The notes beneath the pieces are model-generated. The model searched no databases and was not told the origin of the DNA. It saw nothing but the letters and a program-made list of their open reading frames with translations. From the sequence record OY723340.1: a stretch of DNA of 9,266 bases; one strand, 5' to 3'. This document shows, one piece after another, positions 1 to 7,244 of the stretch (positions are counted from its first letter, which is position 1; every line of letters begins with the position of its first letter). Position numbers and translations under genes: made by a program.

Positions 1-216
1 AGTAGTATGAGTAGTACTATGAACAGATACACTACTATCTGCATGCACAGAATAGGTCATCCTCAGGGATAGCACCTTAACCCTGTACCATACCATACAG
101 TGGTACTATGGTGGTATGGCATGCATGTACTAGTAGTATGTAGTAGTATGTACTCATCATACCATCAGATCATGAGATCATGGCATCAAATCATGACATC
201 AAAACACATGATTTCA
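1..216. repeat. Satellite-like left flank (GTACTAGTAGTATG / ATGGTGGTATGG words) upstream of the large tandem units
   Basis: Local short repeats (tagtagtatg x2 at 131-150). The same words reappear at the right end of the window: gtactagtagtatgtag 127-143 = 9154-9170; gtactcatcataccat 150-165 = 9194-9209; atggtggtatgg 108-119 = 9222-9233 and 9247-9258. Confidence 0.6.
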
Positions 217-421
217 TGTACTCAATTACATGATTATGGTGGTATCCAGGACATCACCAGATCCCTTAGAGACCATGGGGATCACTACATATGCTCTAAG
301 GAGTACACATGCTCTGCATGGTACCTATATCATAGGGTAGGGGTATCCCTCATGATACCTATGGAGACCATATCCTCTAGATACATGGTATGTGCACAGA
401 GGATGGTGACATGGTATGAGG
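217..421. repeat. Segment S, copy 1 (205-bp intra-unit duplicated segment; most diverged copy)
   Basis: tgtactcaattacatgattatgg ... catggtatgagg aligns with 1505-1710, 4798-5002 and 5845-6050. This copy carries visibly more substitutions than the other three. Confidence 0.8.
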
Positions 422-655
422 TCCCCAAAAGGGTCCAAATACATGATTTGGGGTGTCTAAAATGACCACTTTTGGCACCTTTCTGGAGGACCCAAAACGG
501 GTGATTCAATCCCCCAAAAGGGGTCCGCAAATCAAGCCCAGAAATGGTCATAAAAAGGGCTCGTGGGGGTACCCCCCATGAGCACTTTTAGGACCCTAAA
601 ATGGGTGTTTTGGACCCCTAAAATGGTGTATTTAGACCCTTTCGGAGGGGTACAG
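422..655. repeat. Short G/C-richer block of CCAAAA...TTTTGG-type motifs (unit 1)
   Basis: Runs of related ~20-nt words: aaaatgaccacttttggcacc, atgagcacttttaggaccc, taaaatgggtgttttggacccc, taaaatggtgtatttagaccc. Near-identical to 5003-5235. Confidence 0.75.
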
Positions 656-851
656 GCAACGAGTACTACTAGATACATACCAGCAGACCATGTATCCTAT
701 GGTATATAGGACATGGGGGCTACGGGTACTATTACACCATTACGGGAGTATATGGAGTACTATGGGTATCTAGAGGAGTCCCTGTAACACCAGATATCAT
801 GGTATTGGCATGCATTTGATGACATGAAAACACATGATTTGATGACATGAA

Positions 852-1091
852 ATGAGTAGGTATACACATCTAATGACAGGATATGGCATACGGGATACCT
901 GAGGAGACCACCTCCACAGGGAATACCCTCTCTGCACATCCAGGCTACCGAGAGGCCTACGGGGAGTATCCCCATACCCTCTAAGAGCCATTATGGCCAT
1001 TAGGGAGTATCCAGCACATCATTAGATACACGGAATATCATGTAATTGCATAGATTTGATGACATGAAATCATGTGTTTTGATGACATGAA
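852..1091. repeat. 240-bp segment present in unit 1 only (extra chimeric monomer carrying dispersed-element copy A)
   Basis: The alignment offset changes from 4580 to 4340 across it. It is bounded by the 11-bp direct repeat gatgacatgaa (841-851 and 1081-1091), which unit 2 has once (5421-5431). atgagtaggtatacacatctaat also occurs twice (852-874 and 1101-1123). Exact breakpoints are ambiguous within the direct repeat. Confidence 0.85.
870..1002. repeat. Dispersed ~133-nt element, copy A (diverged; inside a satellite monomer)
   Basis: ctaatgacaggatatggcatacgggatacctgaggag...ctctaagagccattatggccatta aligns end to end with 2330-2462 at the same length. The core at 897-960 has about 8 changes. 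Confidence 0.8.
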
Positions 1092-1504
1092 GTACTCATT
1101 ATGAGTAGGTATACACATCTAATACCACTAGTACAACAGCATACACACCATTAGTACCATGTATCCTATGGTATACAGTACATGGGGAGTATAGGTACCA
1201 TTACACCATGCAGAGGTGTATGGAGTACTATATGGTATATAGGGAGTATCCAGTAGACACCAGATATCATGTAATGGCATGCATTTGATGACATGAAACA
1301 CATGATCTGATGATATGAAGTACTCGATATGTACTCATTATGGTACCCACTAACACTAGTACTACAGCATATCCGTACAAGGGGAACCATAAGGATCCGC
1401 CCTTGCAGGTATTCGGGTACTATATGATATATAGAGGGTATCCAGTAGACCACCAGATATCATGATATTGCATGCATTTGATGACATGAAAACACATGAT
1501 TTGA

Positions 1505-1710
1505 TGTACTCAGATTACATGATTATGGTGATATCCAGTACATCACCAGATCCCTTAGACACCATGGGGATCACTACATATGCTATAAGGAGTATACATG
1601 CTCTGCATGGTACCTATATCATAGGGTAGGGGATATGCCCACGATACCTATGGAGACCACATCCTCTAGATACATGGTATGTGCACAGAGGATGGTGCCA
1701 TGGTATGAGG
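1505..1710. repeat. Segment S, copy 2
   Basis: Differs from 5845-6050 by one substitution found by eye (t at 1595 vs c at 5935). Near-identical to 4798-5002. Confidence 0.85.
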
Positions 1711-1793
1711 ACCCCAAATGGGTCGAAATACATGTTTTAGGGGTCCCAAAACATGTGTTGCGAGTAGGTATCGGCACGGGATTAGCACATCTA

Positions 1794-1905
1794 GGGCATT
1801 ATGGAACCTGAGGAGATCACCTCCACAGGGAATGTCCCTCCGTGCATCCTGGGCTACCGAGAGGCCTACATGCAGTACCCCATATCCTCTAAGAGACCAT
1901 TATGG
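1794..1905. repeat. Dispersed element, copy B (shorter 5' part, diverged 3' part)
   Basis: The 64-nt core at 1806-1869 is identical to 2357-2420. The flanks are otherwise unrelated. Confidence 0.85.
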
Positions 1906-2261
1906 AGGGTATTGGACAGGGCCCGAAACCCCCAAAATGAGTGATTTGGGGTGCTCAAAACCATCGATTTTGGTGGTTTTGGCATGCAAAAAGGGTCGAA
2001 AACACCACTTTTAGCCCCTTTTGCACATGGGAACACCACCCCATATACTAAGGGGGATCCTTCGAGGGATACAGAACCCCCGAAACCCCTTAAAGATGGT
2101 GTGTGAGTACTCATGCATGTACCCTTTTAGCACCCTTTCTGACCCCCTTTCAGACCCCCTAAATGGTGCCATTCCTCGAAGGATGGCCCTTAAGGGGTGC
2201 CGGGAAGGGTACCTAAAGAGGTCCCAAAAGTGACCATTTTAGGGGGTCCCAAAACGTGTTG

Positions 2262-2279
2262 CAAAGGGGTACCCCTTTG
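2262..2279. repeat. 18-bp perfect palindrome CAAAGGGGTACCCCTTTG
   Basis: The sequence equals its own reverse complement and is centred on GGTACC. Confidence 0.95.
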
Positions 2280-2329
2280 GTCACCAAAAGTGATGATTTT
2301 GGGGACACCAAATGGGTCGGAATGGGTAC

Positions 2330-2462
2330 CTAATGACAGGATATGGCATACGGGATACCTGAGGAGATCACCTCCACAGGGAATGTCCCTCCGTGCATCC
2401 TGGGCTACCGAGAGGCCTACGGGGAGTATCCCCATATCCTCTAAGAGCCATTATGACCATTA
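2330..2462. repeat. Dispersed element, copy C (reference copy)
   Basis: Core at 2357-2420. Predicted hairpins at 2358-2380 and 2421-2433. Confidence 0.85.
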
Positions 2463-2510
2463 CGAGCATCCCGGAGAGCATATCTGAGGACCTGAAATCC
2501 ATGGTTTTGG

Positions 2511-2600
2511 GGTCTAAAATGATGATTTTAGAGGTCTCAAAATGATGGATTTGGGGTCTGGAATCATGAGATCCGGGGGTCTGGGGATGCCATGGGTATG
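2511..2600. repeat. Degenerate 22-23-bp tandem repeat (GGTCTnAAAATGATGATTTnnG family), about 4 units
   Basis: GGTCT starts at 2511, 2533, 2555 and 2578. The units decay from ggtctaaaatgatgattttaga to ggtctggggatgccatgggtatg. Confidence 0.75.
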
Positions 2601-2856
2601 GGATCCAGGGATGCAGGGATCCGGAGACCATGAGGGCATGCAGACCATATGCACTACATACCATGGGGTGTGTAGTAGGGATACAGACCACTATGGATAC
2701 CATCACCATTAGATACATACTATGAGACCATATGCTGTGGGTATCGGATTAGGGGTCTGGGGATGTGCAGATCTGGAGACCATGAGCGGATCCGGAGACC
2801 ATCAGATCATGAGATCCGGGGGTCTGGAGATGCTCGCGATGTATCTGAGGACCTGT

Positions 2857-2904
2857 GCAGATAGGTATGCAGATAGGTATGCAGATAGGTATGCAGATAG
2901 GTAT
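2857..2904. repeat. Perfect tandem repeat (GCAGATAGGTAT)x4
   Basis: Four exact 12-mers at 2857, 2869, 2881 and 2893. They produce the ADRYADRYADRY / HTYLHTYLHTYL runs in the ORF track. Confidence 0.95.
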
Positions 2905-3310
2905 AGGCATTAGGTACTGAGGACTCGCAGAGAGGTACTGAGGACATGCACAGAGGACATGGCACAGAGGATACGGGCATACAGACCATGCAGATAGGTA
3001 CTAAGGACTCGCAGACCATAGGTATTAGGTATCTGAGGACACGGATGCCATGATCTGAGGACCCCAAGACCTCCAGAAATGGGGTATCTGAGGTATCCCG
3101 AGACCTCCCAAAATGGGTGTTTTGGACCCTAAATCACTCGTTTTGGGACCCTTTCTGGGTGCTCCCAGACCCCTCCCCAATACCATCCCTAAGGTGCTCC
3201 TAAGGGATTCGGGCCCGTACCCCTCAGATAGGGTATCCCAGAGGGTGTCGGATTGGGGGTCTGGAGGTGCTCGGAACCCCTAAATTGTGTGCCCTTAGTG
3301 TATAGTAACA

Positions 3311-3326
3311 CGCGCGCGCGCGCGCG
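3311..3326. repeat. (CG)8 dinucleotide tract (alternating Py-Pu run 3309-3326)
   Basis: aacaCGCGCGCGCGCGCGCGaagggcgg read directly from the sequence. Confidence 0.95.
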
Positions 3327-3745
3327 AAGGGCGGATCCGAGTCAGACAGAAAACGAATGCATCATTTTGGACCCTTTTGGAGACATTAGGGGTCTTAATG
3401 TGCACATTTGCGACCCCAAAAGGCCCAAAAGTGCCTAAAATGGGTCATTTTATGCCCTTTTCGGATGCACACAATGGGAATGCCATCGCCGGAGACCATA
3501 TTCCTTACAGTGACCTTAGGAATATGAGTACGCGAAATCGGGGCAATTATGCCATTTACGGGTACCCCTAAATGAGCACTTTTGGACCCCTTTTGGCACC
3601 CCTTGGATCCCTTAGTGTACTGGTGGCATGTGCATATCCCCTGATGCCTCTTTATCGAGGGAATGGGGATACCTACAGACCATACAGTATCTGTGTTACT
3701 AGTGGGTATCGGCACACCTCCCAAAACATGTCATTTCAGGACATG

Positions 3746-4797
3746 ATCTAGTCGAGATGAGCGAATCCACTACTATTGCATATCATGGCATAATGAGCTA
3801 TACAGAGTACTACAGGTATTGGGGGTATCCCTAATGGCAGCATATGCCCCATTAGAGGTATACACCATATCCCCTAGTATCCCTTACAGCACATACCATG
3901 GATAGGTACTCATTAGTAGTATAGAATGTGTATGTCATGACACCAAAACACATGTTTCGAGACATCTGAACACATGGTTTGCACGTATGATCATATACAG
4001 TATCTAGTGATATACAGGATACTAGTAGTATGCACGGATGGTATGAGGGGTACGGGATACCCCTACATCATAGCCTAACAGCATACACTACGAGTACTAT
4101 GTATACCATGGATACTACATGTATACTACTACGGGTAGGTACTCATGAGCAGTATCATCATGTGATTGCATGCATTTGATGACATGAATGTATACATCAT
4201 GAGTAGGTATACACATCTAATACCACTAGTACAACAGCATACACACCATTAGTACCATGTATCCTATGGTATACAGTACATGGGAGTATAGGTACCATTA
4301 CACCATGCAGAGGTGTATGGAGTACTATATGGTATATAGGGAGTATCCAGTAGACCACCAGATATCATGATATTGCATGCATTTGATGACATGAAACACA
4401 TGATTCGATGTACTCATTAACAGTATGCATACACACTAAGTACTCAGTATACACCATTACTAGTACTATGTACAGTATAGGGGATACCTGCAGTATATAC
4501 CCCATGTACCAGTGGACCCCATATCCCTCAAGGGAACTGGAAGAAGGTCCAACTTGCAGAGCATGTGGTGTCTACATGTACTCATTAGTAGTATGCATAC
4601 ACATCTAATACCTCTAGTACTACACCATGTACACCATTAGTACCATGTATACAGTAGTATACAGTACATGGGGCATACAGGTACATACCACCATTACAGA
4701 GGTGTATGGAGTACTATATGTATCTATGAGGGTATCCAGTAACACCAGATATCATGGTATTGGCATGCATTTGATGACATGAAAACACATGATTTGA
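3746..4797. repeat. Satellite-like monomer array (end of unit 1 / start of unit 2)
   Basis: gatgacatgaa anchors at 4178, 4385 and 4773 (207 bp and 388 bp, the latter being two monomers). A degenerate variant of the anchor lies at ~3935-3995. Confidence 0.75.
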
Positions 4798-5002
4798 TGT
4801 ACTCAGATTACATGATTATGGTGATTCCAGTACATCACCAGATCCCTTAGACACCATGGGGATCACTACATATGCTATAAGGAGTACACATGCTCTGCAT
4901 GGTACCTATATCATAGGGTAGGGGATATGCCCACGATACCTATGGAGACCACATCCTCTAGATACATGGTATGTGCACAGAGGATGGTGCCATGGTATGA
5001 GG
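4798..5002. repeat. Segment S, copy 3
   Basis: Aligns with 1505-1710 and 5845-6050, with a 1-bp indel (ggtgattccag vs ggtgatatccag). Confidence 0.85.
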
Positions 5003-5235
5003 TCCCCAAAAGGGTCCAAATACATGATTTGGGGTGTCTAAAATGACCACTTTTGGCACCTTTCTGGAGGACCCAAAACGGGTGATTCAATCCCCCAAAA
5101 GGGGTCCGCAAATCAAGCCCAGAAATGGTCATAAAAAGGGCTCGTGGGGGTACCCCCATGAGCACTTTTAGGACCCTAAAATGGGTGTTTTGGACCCCCT
5201 AAATGGTGTATTTAGACCCTTTCGGAGGGGTACAG
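5003..5235. repeat. Short G/C-richer block (unit 2)
   Basis: Copy of 422-655. It has one fewer C in the C-run (accccccatg at 571-580 vs tacccccatg at 5151-5160). Confidence 0.75.
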
Positions 5236-5844
5236 GCAACGAGTACTACTAGATACATACCAGCAGACCATGTATCCTATGGTATATAGGACATGGGGGC
5301 TACGGGTACCATTACACCATTACGGGAGTATATGGAGTACTATGGGTATCTAGAGGAGTCCCTGTAACACCAGATATCATGGTATTGGCATGCATTTGAT
5401 GACATGAAAACACATGATTTGATGACATGAAGTACTCATTATGAGTAGGTATACACATCTAATACCACTAGTACAACAGCATACACACCATTAGTACCAT
5501 GTATCCTATGGTATACAGTACATGGGGAGTACGGGTACCATTACACCATGCAGAGGTGTATGGAGTACTATATGGTATATAGGGAGTATCCAGTAGACAC
5601 CAGATATCATGTAATGGCATGCATTTGATGACATGAAACACATGATCTGATGATATGAAGTACTCGATATGTACTCATTATGGTACCCACTAACACTAGT
5701 ACTACAGCATATCCGTACAAGGGGAACCATAAGGATCCGCCCTTGCAGGTATTCGGGTACTATATGATATATAGAGGGTATCCAGTAGACCACCAGATAT
5801 CATGATATTGCATGCATTTGATGACATGAAAACACATGATTTGA
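5236..5844. repeat. Satellite-like monomer array (unit 2, first block; one monomer fewer than unit 1)
   Basis: Anchors at 5371, 5601 and 5794. Copy of 656-1504 minus the 240-bp segment. Confidence 0.8.
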
Positions 5845-6050
5845 TGTACTCAGATTACATGATTATGGTGATATCCAGTACATCACCAGATCCCTTAGAC
5901 ACCATGGGGATCACTACATATGCTATAAGGAGTACACATGCTCTGCATGGTACCTATATCATAGGGTAGGGGATATGCCCACGATACCTATGGAGACCAC
6001 ATCCTCTAGATACATGGTATGTGCACAGAGGATGGTGCCATGGTATGAGG
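5845..6050. repeat. Segment S, copy 4
   Basis: Equals 1505-1710 shifted by +4340. Confidence 0.85.
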
Positions 6051-6133
6051 ACCCCAAATGGGTCGAAATACATGTTTTAGGGGTCCCAAAACATGTGTTG
6101 CGAGTAGGTATCGGCACGGGATTAGCACATCTA

Positions 6134-6245
6134 GGGCATTATGGAACCTGAGGAGATCACCTCCACAGGGAATGTCCCTCCGTGCATCCTGGGCTACCGA
6201 GAGGCCTACATGCAGTACCCCATATCCTCTAAGAGACCATTATGG
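6134..6245. repeat. Dispersed element, copy B' (unit 2)
   Basis: Equals copy B at +4340. Confidence 0.85.
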
Positions 6246-6601
6246 AGGGTATTGGACAGGGCCCGAAACCCCCAAAATGAGTGATTTGGGGTGCTCAAAA
6301 CCATCGATTTTGGTGGTTTTGGCATGCAAAAAGGGTCGAAAACACCACTTTTAGCCCCTTTTGCACATGGGAACACCACCCCATATACTAAGGGGGATCC
6401 TTCGAGGGATACAGAACCCCCGAAACCCCTTAAAGATGGTGTGTGAGTACTCATGCATGTACCCTTTTAGCACCCTTTCTGACCCCCTTTCAGACCCCCT
6501 AAATGGTGCCATTCCTCGAAGGATGGCCCTTAAGGGGTGCCGGGAAGGGTACCTAAAGAGGTCCCAAAAGTGACCATTTTAGGGGGTCCCAAAACGTGTT
6601 G

Positions 6602-6619
6602 CAAAGGGGTACCCCTTTG
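6602..6619. repeat. 18-bp perfect palindrome, unit 2 copy
   Basis: Equals 2262-2279 at +4340. Confidence 0.95.
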
Positions 6620-6669
6620 GTCACCAAAAGTGATGATTTTGGGGACACCAAATGGGTCGGAATGGGTAC

Positions 6670-6802
6670 CTAATGACAGGATATGGCATACGGGATACCT
6701 GAGGAGATCACCTCCACAGGGAATGTCCCTCCGTGCATCCTGGGCTACCGAGAGGCCTACGGGGAGTATCCCCATATCCTCTAAGAGCCATTATGACCAT
6801 TA
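6670..6802. repeat. Dispersed element, copy C' (unit 2)
   Basis: Equals copy C at +4340. Confidence 0.85.
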
Positions 6803-6850
6803 CGAGCATCCCGGAGAGCATATCTGAGGACCTGAAATCCATGGTTTTGG

Positions 6851-6940
6851 GGTCTAAAATGATGATTTTAGAGGTCTCAAAATGATGGATTTGGGGTCTG
6901 GAATCATGAGATCCGGGGGTCTGGGGATGCCATGGGTATG
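6851..6940. repeat. Degenerate 22-23-bp tandem repeat (unit 2 copy)
   Basis: Equals 2511-2600 at +4340. Confidence 0.75.
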
Positions 6941-7196
6941 GGATCCAGGGATGCAGGGATCCGGAGACCATGAGGGCATGCAGACCATATGCACTACATA
7001 CCATGGGGTGTGTAGTAGGGATACAGACCACTATGGATACCATCACCATTAGATACATACTATGAGACCATATGCTGTGGGTATCGGATTAGGGGTCTGG
7101 GGATGTGCAGATCTGGAGACCATGAGCGGATCCGGAGACCATCAGATCATGAGATCCGGGGGTCTGGAGATGCTCGCGATGTATCTGAGGACCTGT

Positions 7197-7244
7197 GCAG
7201 ATAGGTATGCAGATAGGTATGCAGATAGGTATGCAGATAGGTAT
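7197..7244. repeat. Perfect tandem repeat (GCAGATAGGTAT)x4, unit 2 copy
   Basis: Equals 2857-2904 at +4340, with the same copy number. Confidence 0.95.

Larger units (their letters stand above)
656..1504. repeat. Satellite-like array of ~190-245-bp monomers (unit 1, first block)
   Basis: The anchor cagatatcatg...catgcatttgatgacatgaaa(a)cacatgat recurs at ~791, ~1034 (degenerate), 1261 and 1454, giving spacings of ~243, 227 and 193 bp. The monomer bodies are related to each other. Confidence 0.8.
1711..3745. repeat. Long (~2 kb) G/C-richer block: degenerate short dyads, minisatellites and dispersed elements (unit 1)
   Basis: Dense CCAAAA-N6-8-TTTTGG dyads, 22-23-bp tandem units, CTGAGGAC and AGACCAT words, a 12-mer tract and a (CG)8 tract. 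Composition differs visibly from the flanking CATG/GTAC-rich satellite blocks. Confidence 0.75.
195..4775. repeat. Higher-order tandem repeat, unit 1 (4581 bp; phase arbitrary)
   Basis: Manual alignment to unit 2 is collinear from gacatcaaaacacatgattt (195) = gacatgaaaacacatgattt (4776). Offsets are 4581-4582 (195-570), 4580 (571-851), 4340 (1092-3570) and 4341 (3573-~4160). Many ORF-track translations are identical at +4340, e.g. 1718-2014 = 6058-6354 and 2368-2718 = 6708-7058. Confidence 0.9.

Noticed and set aside
1225-1238. Resemblance of GTACTATATGGTAT (recurs in several monomers) to the 3' end and splice donor of the kinetoplastid spliced leader (…CTGTACTATATTG|GTATG)
   Set aside because: Only about 12 nt are similar. 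The upstream part of the 39-nt leader, as I recall it, is absent, and the word is explained by the satellite's own GTAC/TATA-rich composition.
2358-2400. Hammerhead or HDV-like self-cleaving ribozyme in the dispersed element (CTGAGGA resembles the hammerhead CUGANGA box)
   Set aside because: I could not place the matching GAAA box and three-helix junction of a hammerhead, nor the nested double pseudoknot of HDV-like ribozymes. The resemblance is limited to one 7-nt word that is also common elsewhere in the window.
2290-2525. C/D-box sRNA or snoRNA signatures (GTGATGA 2290-2296, ATGATGA 2519-2525, several CTGA)
   Set aside because: The TGATGA words are the spacers of the CCAAAA/TTTTGG dyads. 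I found no consistent C-D' / C'-D spacing with a terminal stem.
2511-2904. CRISPR array (22-23-bp repeats at 2511-2600; 12-mer repeats at 2857-2904)
   Set aside because: The units are directly abutting and degenerate, with no unique spacers of 25-40 nt between conserved repeats. There is no leader or cas gene.
1718-3280. A hidden long gene under an alternative genetic code (the frame of 1718 has few TAA codons)
   Set aside because: That frame is interrupted by TAG (2012, 2240, 2749...), by many TGA (2231, 2291, 2294, 2360...) and by TAA (3002). Reading through all of them gives a low-complexity, repeat-derived peptide rather than a protein-like sequence.
594-3572. Telomere-like heptamers CCCTAAA / TTTAGGG (e.g. 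594-600, 3126-3132, 3566-3572, 2236-2242)
   Set aside because: All are isolated single heptamers embedded in the larger AAAATG...TTTTGGACCC motif and never occur in tandem. This is not a telomere or an interstitial telomeric array.
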